From: an uncultured Planctomycetaceae bacterium
GTDB taxonomy: Bacteria > Planctomycetota > Planctomycetia > Planctomycetales > Planctomycetaceae
Assembly: GCA_963813715.1 (NCBI GenBank)
Contig: CAWFAK010000008.1
Location: 288,001 to 352,000 of the forward strand
Reading direction: 5' to 3'
DNA: 64,000 nt
In this document: in pieces, positions 22,559 through 37,023 of the stretch
Position numbering within the stretch: position 1 is the first letter of the stretch
Layout of the letters: each line of letters begins with the position of its first letter
Position numbers and translations under genes: made by a program
The notes under the pieces: generated by a model
Seen by the model: the letters and a program-made list of their open reading frames with translations, nothing else
Databases searched by the model: none
What the model was told of the DNA's origin: nothing

Positions 22559-23626
22559 TCAGTTACGGCTGGGCTGCTGGCCGTTCAGCCGCTGCCGCAG
22601 GTAGGTCGCCCGGGCGACGTTGCGTTCGGCCGATTTGAGATGTTCGTGCCGCAGCTTCTGCAGGTGGGCAGGCTGCGTGTAGATGAACAGCTCGTTGACC
22701 GTGGGGATCTGCAGGTCGTCGATCAGTCCCAGGTTGATCCCCATCCGCACGCTGGAGAGCAGGATCATCGTCTCTTCCGAGCTGATCGACTGCGCGCTCT
22801 TGAGCGTGCCGTACGCCCGCGACACTTTGTCGTGCAGCTCCTGGCGGTTCTTCTTCACCAGCTCGTCCCGCACGCGCCGCTCGTACGAGATGATGTTGGG
22901 CACCACGTCGCGAATCTCGTCGATCAGCTGCTCTTCGTTCTTGCCCAGCGTGATCTGGTTGGAGATCTGGTAGAAGTCGCCCATCGCCTGGCTGCCCTCG
23001 CCGTACAGGCCGCGGACGGCGAGGCTGATCTTCTGCAGGGCCTGGAAGACCTTTTTGATTTCGCCGGAGAGGCCTAGCGCGGGCAGATGGAGCATTACGC
23101 TCACGCGGATGCCCGTGCCGACGTTCGTGGGGCACGCGGTGAGGTAGCCCAACTGGTCGCTGAACGCGTAGGTGACGTATTCTTCGACGGCGTCGTCGAG
23201 TTTGTTGATGGCCGTCCAGCATTCGTCGAGGGCCAGGCCGCTGCGGAGGACCTGGATGCGGAGGTGGTCCTCCTCGTTAATCATCAGGCTGACGTTCTCT
23301 TCATCTCCGATGCCGACCCCACGGGAGCCGTGCGCCTCGGCATGCTCGCGGCTGATCAACTGCCGCTCGACGAGAAACTGCCGGTCGAGAGTCTCGAGGC
23401 GGGCGACGTCGACGTAGCTGAGCTTGGTGCCGACCCGAAGCTGATCGAGGTGCGTGCGCAGGAGTTCTTCGATCCGGCTTTTGGCGTCGTCATCCGCCCG
23501 GTTGGGGAAGGGGAACTGGGCCAGATTGCGAGCCAGGCGGATACGGCTGGAGATGACGATGTCGGAATCGGGCCCGCTGCCGCGCAGCCATTCGCCGCTG
23601 GTATGCGTCAGGCTGTCAATGTCCAA
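22559..23626 (-). CDS. mcsB: Protein arginine kinase
   Basis: SSRIRLARN, INEEDHLRIQ, CPTNVGTG, VRGLYGEGS, YQISNQ; GGAGG upstream of TTG. Confidence 0.93.
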   Translation of the reverse strand: MDIDSLTHTSGEWLRGSGPDSDIVISSRIRLARNLAQFPFPNRADDDAKSRIEELLRTHLDQLRVGTKLSYVDVARLETLDRQFLVERQLISREHAEAHGSRGVGIGDEENVSLMINEEDHLRIQVLRSGLALDECWTAINKLDDAVEEYVTYAFSDQLGYLTACPTNVGTGIRVSVMLHLPALGLSGEIKKVFQALQKISLAVRGLYGEGSQAMGDFYQISNQITLGKNEEQLIDEIRDVVPNIISYERRVRDELVKKNRQELHDKVSRAYGTLKSAQSISSEETMILLSSVRMGINLGLIDDLQIPTVNELFIYTQPAHLQKLRHEHLKSAERNVARATYLRQRLNGQQPSRN

Positions 23627-23766
23627 GTTCGATTCCCTCCGTCGTCCTCGCGCCCGGGCTCCCGAGAAATGGCGCAGTTGAGTGCGCTGCGCAGGGGCCA
23701 TTGCCCGCTGTCGTAGCGCCGGTTCATCGCGCCGGTCCGAGGAGGCGGATCCTGGCCGTCGAGCCG

Positions 23767-24276
23767 TCACGCGCGCGACTTGGACTCGAATTCCTTCTCT
23801 AGAGATTGGATCTCGTCGCGAATTCGAGCCGCTGTTTCGTATTCTTCTTCGTCGATGGCCGACCGCAACTCGCTCCGCAATTTGATGAGTCGGTATTGGA
23901 GCTGGCTGGCGTGAGGAGCCCGCTTGGGAAACTTGCCGGTGTGCTGCGTGTCGTTGTGGATGTTTTCCAGGAGCGGCTTCAGCTCCTTGGCAAACGCGAT
24001 GTAGTCGTGCGGGCAGCCCAGACGCCCCTGTTGGCGGAACTCGCGAAAGGTGATGCCACAGTTCGGGCAAACGAGATGGTCGAATTCCTCGTTCGCGCTC
24101 TCGCCCTCTTTGGCCGCGGATGGTTCGCTCGGTTCGCCGGCTTCGTCCTGGTCCTGGTCCTGGTTGAGATATTGCTGAGCGCAGCTTTCACACAGATGCA
24201 GCTCTTGCACGGCCCCCGAGCGAATTTCGGTGATGTGCAATGTCGCGGGCTTCGAGCAACGCTTGCATTTTGTCAT
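23767..24276 (-). CDS. mcsA: McsB activator (CxxC motifs plus UVR domain)
   Basis: CKRC, HLCESC, CPNC, GRLGCPHDY, EEYETAARIRDEI. Confidence 0.9.
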   Translation of the reverse strand: MTKCKRCSKPATLHITEIRSGAVQELHLCESCAQQYLNQDQDQDEAGEPSEPSAAKEGESANEEFDHLVCPNCGITFREFRQQGRLGCPHDYIAFAKELKPLLENIHNDTQHTGKFPKRAPHASQLQYRLIKLRSELRSAIDEEEYETAARIRDEIQSLEKEFESKSRA

Positions 24277-24510
24277 GAGGAACCAGGCTATGCGTCGCGA
24301 ACGAAAAATCTCGCGGGAAGGTGGGTCAAGCGCGATCAATTCTAGCGGTGAGAGGGGGGCTGTCAAGCGACGGTGCGCCGCGTCTTTTCGACGTAACGGC
24401 AAGTGGTTATTATGGATCGGCACGCGGGCACGAGACCTTTCGCGACTCGCGCCGAGCTCCCGCCGACGGCCGTCGGCAGTCCTCAAACCTTGAGTTTTTG
24501 CGCTCAATCC

Positions 24511-26007
24511 ATGCACGTCAGCCCCACATTCGAGGAGTTTCAAGCCGCCTCCGCCGACGGGAAAATTGTCCCCGTTTATCGCGAACTCTTCGGCGACACT
24601 TTGACGCCCGTCGAAGCCTACCGGCGGATCGCTCGCGGCACCTCGTCATTTCTTTTCGAGAGCGTGGTGGGGGGCGAGAAGATCGGCCGCTACAGCTTCC
24701 TCGGCGCCGATCCATTCTTACGGATCGAAGCCTTTGGCCAGAAGGTCGTGATCACCGAGGACGGGCGCTCCGAGGAGCGCGAATCCGCGGATCCGCTGCT
24801 GGATTTGGAGCGGTTGCTCGCGCGTTATCGCGGCCGTCACCTGCCGGGACTGCCGCGGTTTTGCGGCGGCGCGGTCGGTTATGCCGGCTACGACGTCGTC
24901 CGTTATTCAGAGCGTTTGCCCGATGCTCCGCCGGACGATCGCCGCGTACCCGACATGGCGTTCGCCTTCTACGATCGGATGGTCATCTTCGATCAAATTC
25001 GTAAGACGATCCTGGTCGTAGCCAACGCGCGGCCGGGTCGCGGCGATCTGCACGAGGCTTATGAACAGGCCACGGCACGCGTCGACGAACTGTGTCGACA
25101 GTTGGAGTCGGCTTCGCCGACCAGGCAGCTCCGCGACGTGCGACTGGAGAGCCAAACGGGACCCGAGTGGACCTCCAACGTCACTCAGCCGCAATTCGAG
25201 TCGGCCGTCGAGATGTGCAAGGAATACATCCGGGCCGGCGACATCTTTCAGGTCGTGATCAGCCAGCGCTGGGACCGACGCACGTCCGCCGGTCCGCTCG
25301 AGATCTATCGCGCGCTACGCGTGATCAATCCCAGTCCGTTCATGTTCCTCCTGCAAAGCCCCGGAGTGAACCTGGTCGGCAGCTCGCCGGAGATCATGGT
25401 GCGGGTCGAGGATGGTGTGGTCACGGTTCGCCCGCTGGCTGGCACGCGCCGTCGCGGCCGGGATGAGGCCGAGGACCGTCGCCTGGCCGAAGAGCTGCTG
25501 GCCGACCCCAAGGAACGGGCAGAGCACGTAATGCTGATCGATCTGGCCCGGAACGACGTGGGCCGCGTGGCCAGGTTCGGTTCGGTCGAGTTGAGCGACG
25601 TGATGGTCGTCGAGCGCTACAGCCACGTGATGCACATCACGTCGAACGTGCAGGGCCGGCTGACCCCCGGCACTACCGCGCTCGATGCGCTGCGGGCCGC
25701 GTTGCCCGCCGGCACGGTCTCGGGGGCTCCCAAGGTGCGGGCGATGCAAATCATCGATGAGGTGGAGCAAAACCGCCGCGGGCCCTACGCCGGCGCAGTG
25801 GGCTACGTTGATTTCACCGGCAACATGGACACCTGCATCGCGTTGCGGACGCTGGTCCTGTTGGGCGACCGCGCCTACATCCAGGCAGGGGCGGGGATCG
25901 TGGCCGACAGCGTGCCAGCCGCCGAATATGAAGAAACGCAAAACAAGGCCCAAGGCCTGATCAAAGCCGTCGAGCTGGCCGAGCGACAACTCACGTCGGA
26001 TGGATAA
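24511..26007 (+). CDS. trpE: Anthranilate synthase component I
   Basis: [55 protein letters not shown]. Confidence 0.95.
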   Translation: MHVSPTFEEFQAASADGKIVPVYRELFGDTLTPVEAYRRIARGTSSFLFESVVGGEKIGRYSFLGADPFLRIEAFGQKVVITEDGRSEERESADPLLDLERLLARYRGRHLPGLPRFCGGAVGYAGYDVVRYSERLPDAPPDDRRVPDMAFAFYDRMVIFDQIRKTILVVANARPGRGDLHEAYEQATARVDELCRQLESASPTRQLRDVRLESQTGPEWTSNVTQPQFESAVEMCKEYIRAGDIFQVVISQRWDRRTSAGPLEIYRALRVINPSPFMFLLQSPGVNLVGSSPEIMVRVEDGVVTVRPLAGTRRRGRDEAEDRRLAEELLADPKERAEHVMLIDLARNDVGRVARFGSVELSDVMVVERYSHVMHITSNVQGRLTPGTTALDALRAALPAGTVSGAPKVRAMQIIDEVEQNRRGPYAGAVGYVDFTGNMDTCIALRTLVLLGDRAYIQAGAGIVADSVPAAEYEETQNKAQGLIKAVELAERQLTSDG

Positions 26008-26237
26008 TGACGTCGGATGCGTAAGCTGGGCGGCGGACTCAGCTCGTCGTAGGCCGGGAGGCCTGCGCTTCCGCTCGCGCGGCTCAGCGGGCTCCCAAAA
26101 CGTGCGCCTCTTCGCCATCAATTCTTTGGCGGCTCGGGCGCAAAAAACGAGAGAGCTCCACAGCAAGCGGCCACGCGTCGCACACGCCTGTCCGCCCGCC
26201 GTCGAACCCTCTCTGCATATCGCCAGCGAGACCGAGC

Positions 26238-26377
26238 TTACTTCGCTTCTCGGTCGTCGTGGCCGAGGTCGTCTTGCCAGTCGCGTCCTTCGCCTTCGTC
26301 GTCGTCTTCTCTTCGGTGCAGCCGACGATCGCGACGGCGAAACAGGCAGTCAGCAACATCGCAGTGAGCTTCTTCAT
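26238..26377 (-). CDS. Small Thr/Lys-rich lipoprotein (3' end uncertain)
   Basis: GAGGA RBS; MKKLTAMLLTACFAVAIVG-C lipobox, then TEEKTTTKAKDATGKTTSATTTEK. Confidence 0.6.
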
Positions 26378-27016
26378 TGACGTTTCCTCAATTTCCTCAA
26401 CGTTTTGTGAGTCCCCACTTGTCCCGCCCCCCAAGGACGGGCTGATTGAAGTGGTCCATTGCATCAACTGAGACTCTCGCCGGCAACCGATTATTCCCCA
26501 TCTCCGAAAAAAAACTGCAAGTCCGCCAAACCAACCGGTTTGCCGCCGGCGCCGAGCAATCGCAGCTCGGTTCCGAGTGAATTGGCACGACCGACCCGGC
26601 GCCCGTTGACCCGCCACCGACTGTCCCAACATTGACGGTTGCGGCCTCAACGCGCCTCACCCCCCAAACCCTCCAAACGGGCTCGTCGCTGCGAAATTGC
26701 GTTGGCAATGCGAGTTCGGGGCAGTCAAAACGCTGCGACTTCAACGACGGCGATCGAGTACTTGCACCTGCGGAATGCCTGTACATTCCGAAGCCGGCTG
26801 GAGGGTCCTCCGGCGGCCTCTGACCCCTCGTGGCAAAGCCACGCGCCCGAACCATTTACCGTTCTCTTGGGGGTTTGGGCAGTTTTGCACGCATATTCGG
26901 CCCCGCCGGCAAAATCGATTCAACTCGCACGACCGATCTTTCCGAAACTTTCAGAATAGCTGCTACAGCCGGCACTACCGGTACAAGGTCTCCACGTCGC
27001 AAGATCGGGAAGATCG

Positions 27017-30000
27017 ATGAAAACGACAGCAAGAACCGCTCTGCTCGGCTTGCTCGTAAGCGCGAGTCTCCAGTCCCTGGCATGGGCGGACGATCCGAAT
27101 CCCGGTGCGACGAATCCCTTTGGGCCTAGTGCCCCGGCGAGAACTCTGCGCCAGCACCGTCGCCATCGGGCTTTGCGACGATTCCGGGCAGCCCGGCACC
27201 CTCCGGTGCTCAGACCGCCGGACACGTCGCTTTCGATTCGCCGCCGGCAAACGCTGCTCCTGGAAATTCAGCCCCGAACAACGCCGCACCCGCCAACGGG
27301 GCGCCTGCCACGCGGCAATAACTCTCAGCCCGGCCAGGTGTCGTACGACTCGATGAGCTCGACGACGACCGGTCCGACGTGGAACAACCCCTTCGGCATC
27401 GGCGATGGGCCCTTCGGTCCGACGTTCTTCCTCGATGGCAACTTCGGTCGCGGCGTCGGCTGGGACAGCAGCTCGTACGACGCCAGGTTGTACTACCCCT
27501 GGCACATCGTCCCTGGACAAAGTGCGGTCTTCGGCGTGTTGCAGGGTGGCGTCGACGACTTCGGCCGCTGCTACACCACCGGCGGCCTTGGCTATCGCGA
27601 ATACAGCCCCGATTGGAACCGCATTCAGGGCTTTTGGGGATTCGTCGACTACGACGACACGCACGACTTCGGCTTCACCCGTTACGGCCTCAGCTACGAA
27701 AACCTGGGCAAGTATTTCGACTTCCGCATCAACGGGTACATCCTCAACAACCAGGCAGAATTTACGGTCCAGGACGCCAACTTCGGCCAGCCGTTCTTCC
27801 GCAACTACGACATCCTGATGAGCCACATTCACAGTTCGGAAGTGGCGTATGACGGCATCGACGCGGAAATCGGCGGTCCGCTGCCGTTTCTCGGCCGGCA
27901 TGGCGTGAACGGATACATCGGCCCGTACTGGGTGCATAGCGCGCACGCCGGCGACGGGGTCGGCGTGCAGGGACGCGTCAATGTCGCCGTCACCGACAAC
28001 CTGCAGGTGAACGTGCAGGTGCAGGAAGACCCGATCTTCAACTCGACCGCCTTTGTCAACGTCTCGTACACGCTGCCGGACGGCATCCCAACCAAGTGGT
28101 TCAGCCCGACCGCCGTCGTCGACCGCCTGAACAGCATGGTCTGGCGCAAAGACCGCATCCCGGTCAACGAAGTCTCGAACATTTCGAGCAGCCCGCTGCT
28201 CAATCCGGCCAACGGCGAGCCAATCGACGTGATTCACGTCAACCCGAACCTGCCTGCCAACAGCGGCAACGGTACGGCCGAGAGCCCCTTCGGCTCGCTG
28301 GCCCTCGCCCAGGCGCACGACAATCCCAACGTCAACATCATTTACGTGCAGCCGCGGAACGACGGCACCGGCACCAACCTGACCACGAACGGCATGTTCC
28401 AGCTGTTCAACGATCAGAACGTGCTCAGCACGTCGGTCCGGCACGAAATCATCACGCTGGAAGGGAACTTCCAGCTCCCCGGCTTCATGCCCGGCACGCT
28501 GCCGATCGTCTCCAATCCGAGCAACAGCGCCACGAGCTACGTCTTCGGACTGGCGAACCGGGACCAGATTTCAGGCTTCCAGATCGACGGCACCGCGTCG
28601 AGCGGTTTCGGCAACGGAATCGGCAATCCGATTGGCCCGATCGTCGGCTTCAACATCAACCAGAACACGTTCACCAACTACGTGAATGCCGTCTCGCTTG
28701 AGAACGCCACCGGCACGACCGCTTACAACACGTTGAGCATCTTCCCCAACAACGGCATCGGCCAGTTCGTGAACAACACGGCGACCGGCCTCGCGGGGGT
28801 CTCGCAAAACGGCTTCGAGGTGCAGAACTACAACCCCGGGAACACGCCGGGCACGCTGACGCTCGTCGAGACCGGCAACACCTCGACGGGCAACGCGGGC
28901 AACGGCTTCCTCACCGCCACCGCCGACGCCAGCCAGACGATCAACGCCACCTTCACCGACAACACCGCGACTGGAAACGGCACCGGCTTCCAGTTCACGA
29001 CCGCGCCCGGCACGATCAACCTGGCGTTTGACGACAACGTCGCCAGCGCCAACATCGCCCCGTCGACGGGCGTCCATGTCGAGGCCGAGGGCGGCACCAT
29101 CAACGTCACCTCGTTCACGGGCAACACCGTCAGCGGGAACCTGGGCAACGGCGTCTGGTTCGACGCCAACAGCATCGTCGGCGGCGGCACGATCAACGTC
29201 ACCAACTTCCAGGGCAACACAATCACCAACAACGGCACGGCCGCCGTGCCGGTTATCGGCAGCGATCCGGACGGCTTGCTGATTTCGGCCAACGGCCCGA
29301 CCGCGATCGTCAACGCGGCGATCGGCGTGCTGGGCGGAACGCCCAACAACATTTCCAACAACGGTTCCGTCGGCGTCGGCGGGGCGGGCATCCACGTCTT
29401 CGTGACGAATGAAGGCACCGTCACCGGCTCGATCGTCAACAACAACATCGACAGCAACGTCGAGTACGGCATCAACTTCGACGCCAACGCCGGTCAGATC
29501 GGTCTGATCGGGGCCGCCCCCAACATGGCCGGGGCCCAGCCCTTCGTCGTCAATGCCAACAGCATCAGCGCCAACGGCAGCGCGGGCATCTTCGCTCGCC
29601 TGCAGAGCGACGCCGTCACAGGCAGCATGGCGGGCCTCGTGATCGAGAACAACTCGATCGTCGGCACGACCACCGGCATCAGCACCTTCGCACACGGCGA
29701 CGGCATCCACATCCGCACGGAAGGCAACTCCTTCCTGTGGGACCTCAACATCGCCGACAACTTCATCGGCATCAACTCGGCCGGCAGCGCCTCGCCGAAC
29801 GCCGGCAACGGCATCGCGATCGAGACGTTCGGCAACAGCATGTTGACGAACACTTCGGTCTTCACCTCGGTCCCGACGCCCAACAACAGCCTGGTGATGA
29901 TCACCGGCAACGAGATCCGCTTCAATGCCGGGGACGGCATCAACTTCCAGCGGAACGGCGACTCGGCGGTCAACAACGTCGACATCTTCTCCAACAACAT

Positions 30001-31987
30001 CTCCAACAACGGCGGCAACGGTATCGACGCCCTCATCGAAGGCGGCAACATCGACATCACCAACAACCGCTCGCACCTGACGATCGACTTCTTCATCCAA
30101 GGCAATAACATCTCCAACAACGGCAATATCTTCACCCACACCGGCAACGGCCTCTTCCTGCAGTCCTCGGGCGACGCCGACTTCCGCGTCACCCTGGGCG
30201 GCGCCGACGGGGCTGCCAACACGATTAACGGCAACGGCGCGGCCGGCGTGACCGCCGAGACCGTCGCCTTCTCGCAGGTCGAGGGTACGTGGGCCAACAA
30301 CACGATCGAGCAGAACGGCACCTTCGGCGTGGCCTTCGTCGACAACGATCTGACCGGGCCTGCCTTCAACGTGATCCTCACGGGCAACACCATCGAGCAC
30401 AACGTTTCCGACGGCATCAACTTCCAAACGGTTCCGATTATTCCGCTGGCCGGCGGCAACAGCACGATCGAAATCATCTCCAACACCATCAAGGCCAACG
30501 GCGGCGACGGCATCAACATCGAGCCCTCCGGCTCCTCCGTGGTCAACGTCAACATCATCGATAACCTGATCACCGCCAACACGCTCGACGGTATCCAGTT
30601 CACCTCCAACGAGTTCTCCATCATCAACTCGAGCTCCAGCGGCAACACCATCACCAACAACGGCGGCGACGGCTTGAACATGACCACCCAGCCCGGAATC
30701 GACGGCAACCTGTTCAACGGGAACGGCTTCATCAACGCCACCTTCACCGACAACAACATCTCCTTCAACACCGGCCACGGCATCGACATCCTGAACCAGT
30801 GGAACGGCGAGATCGACGCCAGCATCCAGGGCTCGGTGAATCCGAACACGGTCGGACCGGCCGCGGCAACGAACATCATCGACGCCAACGGCTTGGACGG
30901 CATCCTCGTCGAGAACGCCTCCGACCTGAGCCTGACCATGCAGACGCCGCTGAATTACTTCGATGGGTTCAACCAAATCCAACCGATCGTCCGCCTCTCC
31001 ATCAACCAGACGGAAATCAGCGGCAACGGCCTCAAGGCGATCACTCCGGACGACGGCGACGGTATCTTCATCATGGTCGGCACCAGCCAGTTCGGTTACA
31101 TCAATGCGTCGGTCACCAACAACCACTTCTCCGGAAACGCGAATATCGACTTCGTGACGCAGTCCTTCGTCACCACGAAGACGCCTGCGTCCGGCAACGC
31201 GCTGTTCAACCCGGCGAACGGAGGCATCGCCATCGGGACCACCGCACAAACGACGTTCCAACCCGATCCGGTGGCCCGGTTGGCGCTCACCCTGACCGGC
31301 AACGTCGGCAACACGATCGACGTCACCCGCGTGGGCGCCTTCTACGTGGATAACGACCCCCAGAAGTCAATTCCGGGCTTCTATACCGATCCGTTTGTGG
31401 CGGGCGGAGCATTCCAGTTCGTCACGGGCAGCGACGTCCGCGGGACCAACGCCCAACGTGAGCCGGGCACCTTCAACGTGGGCGGCGTGCCGATCGACGG
31501 CGGGGCCCTCACCATCGGCGGAATCTGGGGCACCTACGCCTTCTCCGCCAACCCGACTACGCCGGACACCGTGGCCACCACCACCCCGGCACCGACCGGG
31601 AGCTGGACGGGCACCAACGGGACCATCATCAACAGCGGCGACTTCGTGGGTGCCCAGGTCACGTTCCTCAACGGACCGGACGGCGGCGTGCAACGCATTC
31701 TCACCGCCACGACCAATACGACGCAGACCTTTACGATCACACAAACGCTGCCGATTGCTCCGGTGCCGGGCAACCAATTCACGGTGGCCTCGTTCGAGCT
31801 GGCTGGCGTCGGTCAATCGACCTTCGTCACCGATTCGGGCCCCTCGGTCCTGACGCACAACACATTTGCCACCGTGGTCAGCGACTTCGGCGACCAAGTC
31901 ACCACGCCGAACCCGAATTCGGTCGGGCAATTCACATTCACTTGGGCCACGGTCCCGCTGGGTTCGTTCGGATCGCCCTTCCCGTAA
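27017..31987 (+). CDS. Large secreted protein: N-terminal inverse-autotransporter-like beta domain plus right-handed parallel beta-helix repeats
   Basis: Signal peptide; amphipathic aromatic strands (GGLGYREY, GFWGFVDYD, DFRINGY, GIDAEIG, GVQGRV, DRLNSMVWR); GNGTAESPF motif; many NxIxxNxGxGI repeats. Confidence 0.8.
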   Translation: MKTTARTALLGLLVSASLQSLAWADDPNPGATNPFGPSAPARTLRQHRRHRALRRFRAARHPPVLRPPDTSLSIRRRQTLLLEIQPRTTPHPPTGRLPRGNNSQPGQVSYDSMSSTTTGPTWNNPFGIGDGPFGPTFFLDGNFGRGVGWDSSSYDARLYYPWHIVPGQSAVFGVLQGGVDDFGRCYTTGGLGYREYSPDWNRIQGFWGFVDYDDTHDFGFTRYGLSYENLGKYFDFRINGYILNNQAEFTVQDANFGQPFFRNYDILMSHIHSSEVAYDGIDAEIGGPLPFLGRHGVNGYIGPYWVHSAHAGDGVGVQGRVNVAVTDNLQVNVQVQEDPIFNSTAFVNVSYTLPDGIPTKWFSPTAVVDRLNSMVWRKDRIPVNEVSNISSSPLLNPANGEPIDVIHVNPNLPANSGNGTAESPFGSLALAQAHDNPNVNIIYVQPRNDGTGTNLTTNGMFQLFNDQNVLSTSVRHEIITLEGNFQLPGFMPGTLPIVSNPSNSATSYVFGLANRDQISGFQIDGTASSGFGNGIGNPIGPIVGFNINQNTFTNYVNAVSLENATGTTAYNTLSIFPNNGIGQFVNNTATGLAGVSQNGFEVQNYNPGNTPGTLTLVETGNTSTGNAGNGFLTATADASQTINATFTDNTATGNGTGFQFTTAPGTINLAFDDNVASANIAPSTGVHVEAEGGTINVTSFTGNTVSGNLGNGVWFDANSIVGGGTINVTNFQGNTITNNGTAAVPVIGSDPDGLLISANGPTAIVNAAIGVLGGTPNNISNNGSVGVGGAGIHVFVTNEGTVTGSIVNNNIDSNVEYGINFDANAGQIGLIGAAPNMAGAQPFVVNANSISANGSAGIFARLQSDAVTGSMAGLVIENNSIVGTTTGISTFAHGDGIHIRTEGNSFLWDLNIADNFIGINSAGSASPNAGNGIAIETFGNSMLTNTSVFTSVPTPNNSLVMITGNEIRFNAGDGINFQRNGDSAVNNVDIFSNNISNNGGNGIDALIEGGNIDITNNRSHLTIDFFIQGNNISNNGNIFTHTGNGLFLQSSGDADFRVTLGGADGAANTINGNGAAGVTAETVAFSQVEGTWANNTIEQNGTFGVAFVDNDLTGPAFNVILTGNTIEHNVSDGINFQTVPIIPLAGGNSTIEIISNTIKANGGDGINIEPSGSSVVNVNIIDNLITANTLDGIQFTSNEFSIINSSSSGNTITNNGGDGLNMTTQPGIDGNLFNGNGFINATFTDNNISFNTGHGIDILNQWNGEIDASIQGSVNPNTVGPAAATNIIDANGLDGILVENASDLSLTMQTPLNYFDGFNQIQPIVRLSINQTEISGNGLKAITPDDGDGIFIMVGTSQFGYINASVTNNHFSGNANIDFVTQSFVTTKTPASGNALFNPANGGIAIGTTAQTTFQPDPVARLALTLTGNVGNTIDVTRVGAFYVDNDPQKSIPGFYTDPFVAGGAFQFVTGSDVRGTNAQREPGTFNVGGVPIDGGALTIGGIWGTYAFSANPTTPDTVATTTPAPTGSWTGTNGTIINSGDFVGAQVTFLNGPDGGVQRILTATTNTTQTFTITQTLPIAPVPGNQFTVASFELAGVGQSTFVTDSGPSVLTHNTFATVVSDFGDQVTTPNPNSVGQFTFTWATVPLGSFGSPFP

Positions 31988-32016
31988 GATTCAGTCAATC
32001 GCCTGACGGCGAACGC

Positions 32017-32049
32017 AACACTGGCGGCTCAAACCGCCAGTGTTTTTTT
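32017..32049 (+). terminator. Intrinsic terminator
   Basis: aacactggcgg-ctcaaa-ccgccagtgtt followed by a T run. Confidence 0.85.
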
Positions 32050-32168
32050 ATGCGCGGAGCGTGGCCGGTCAGAATGCTTGATTCGCGGCGACGCGAGAAG
32101 AGTCGATCGGCGATGGGCGCTCCGCCCAGCGATCGGGTCCGCACCGGCAATCGGTCAGAGCGCGGCTC

Positions 32169-33656
<1,488 letters not shown>

Positions 33657-33733
33657 GATTTATGCTAAGCACGAAATCCGCGTGAAACGGGCGTCGCCGT
33701 TCGCCAGGCGCACTTCGTCATTCCTGATGACTG

Positions 33734-34363
33734 CTAAAATTCTTGCCGGCCCATGAGGGCATCGGCCAGCATTTCTCTGTTAGCAAACTCTAGCACACTG
33801 CCCGTCGGGATCCCCCGGGCCAGCCGCGTGATCCGAACCGACTCGCCCGCGAGCAGATTCGAGATATACAGGGCCGTTCCGTCCCCTTCGACGGTTGGAT
33901 TTGTAGCCATTACAATCTCTGTAACACCACCAGTCCGCACTCGGCGGACCAGCGCGTTGATGGTTAGATCCTCGGGGCCGACGCCGTCTAAAGGCGAGAT
34001 TCGGCCCTGGAGCACGTGGTACAGGCCGTGAAAGACACCGGCCGCTTCAAGAGCGACGATGTCGCGTGGCTGTTCCACGATGCAAAGCATGTGCCGCTGC
34101 CGCTTGGTATCGCTGCAGATCGCACACAATTCGCCTTCCGTCAGGTTGAAGCACTGCGAACACGGGTGCACGGCCTCTTTCACGCGGCGAATGGCCTCCG
34201 CCAACCCCAGCGCCTCGTCGGTCGGTGACGCCAGAACGTGATGGGCCAACCGCTCCGCGGTCTTGCGGCCGATGCCAGGGAGCCGCCCAAACTCGTCGAT
34301 CAGGCTGGCGACCGCCGATCCGTAGGGATGCGATTGATGTTCGTCGCTGTCGCGCTGCCGCAT
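33734..34363 (-). CDS. recR: Recombination mediator RecR
   Basis: [14 protein letters not shown]4 zinc finger, [28 protein letters not shown]. Confidence 0.96.
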   Translation of the reverse strand: MRQRDSDEHQSHPYGSAVASLIDEFGRLPGIGRKTAERLAHHVLASPTDEALGLAEAIRRVKEAVHPCSQCFNLTEGELCAICSDTKRQRHMLCIVEQPRDIVALEAAGVFHGLYHVLQGRISPLDGVGPEDLTINALVRRVRTGGVTEIVMATNPTVEGDGTALYISNLLAGESVRITRLARGIPTGSVLEFANREMLADALMGRQEF

Positions 34364-34447
34364 GTTTGATCGTCCGGGGCTTCCTTGCCAGAGCGGCCAC
34401 GAGCCGCCGGTTTCCATCCCTTATTGCTTACGACGAACTCCGAATTT

Positions 34448-34813
34448 CTACGACGGCGAGTTGCCGTTTCCCATGCCGAATTTCGACATCAATTCCGATA
34501 GACCGGGAAGCTGCACTTGGCTCATCTTGGCAAACTCTTCCGCCATTAACTCGCGGGACTTATCGAGCGCCTGGTTCGTGGCGGCGGTCAGCAGATCTTC
34601 CAGCATTTCCGCGTCGGGCGAGGTGAGCAGGCTCGGATCGATCTTGATCCCCACAATTCGCTGACGACCGTCCGCCTGCACCGACACCATCTCGCCGCCG
34701 GCCCGCCCCTCGACGCGCATCTGGCCGAGCTTCTGCTGCAATTCTTCGGTGCGTCCCTGAAATTGTTGCACCTGTTGGAGCAACCCCGTCAGGTTCGACA
34801 ATCCCTTGAACAT
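34448..34813 (-). CDS. ybaB: YbaB/EbfC nucleoid-associated protein
   Basis: GRAGGEMVSV, IKIDPSLL, MLEDLLTAATNQA; lies between dnaX and recR. Confidence 0.92.
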   Translation of the reverse strand: MFKGLSNLTGLLQQVQQFQGRTEELQQKLGQMRVEGRAGGEMVSVQADGRQRIVGIKIDPSLLTSPDAEMLEDLLTAATNQALDKSRELMAEEFAKMSQVQLPGLSELMSKFGMGNGNSPS

Positions 34814-34818
34814 GATTC

Positions 34819-36688
<1,870 letters not shown>

Positions 36689-36764
36689 CGTCGCCTGCTT
36701 CAGACGCGCTCTGGCCCGCTCGACGCCGTCTCGCTCGGCGGTTGTTCGGCCCGGGCGCGAAATC

Positions 36765-36882
36765 GGGGGAAGGAAAGCTATCTCCGGATGCACCTGAAAG
36801 CCAACGCTTAGGGCTGCTCCGGTTAAGGCCTGACCCGGTTGGGCGCGGTCCCACCGCACTCGGAGATAGCTTTTCGTCCCCC
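36765..36882 (-). ncRNA. ffs: Signal recognition particle RNA (4.5S)
   Basis: Minus strand has AACCGGGTCAGG-CCT-TAAC-CGG-AGCAGCCCTAAG (helix 8) inside a long terminal stem; typical position upstream of dnaX. Confidence 0.9.
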
Positions 36883-37023
36883 GCGAGCGCGAAAAATCGT
36901 CTCTGCATTATCCGCGTGCCGAGTGGAGCGTCAAGCGACCCCCGCAAGCGATCAGCTGATCCGCCGCGACAATCGCCTACAATTCCGAAACGACTGCCAA
37001 ACTGCGGCCCGAGGAGACGATTC

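Noticed and set aside
24230..24493. trpE attenuator leader peptide (contains WLLW)
   Set aside because: Too long, overlaps the mcsA start, has no tandem Trp codons and no terminator before trpE.
26975..31261. Long antisense ORFs (489, 896 and 481 aa) over the beta-helix gene
   Set aside because: Shadow ORFs caused by strong codon bias on the + strand; no recognisable motifs.
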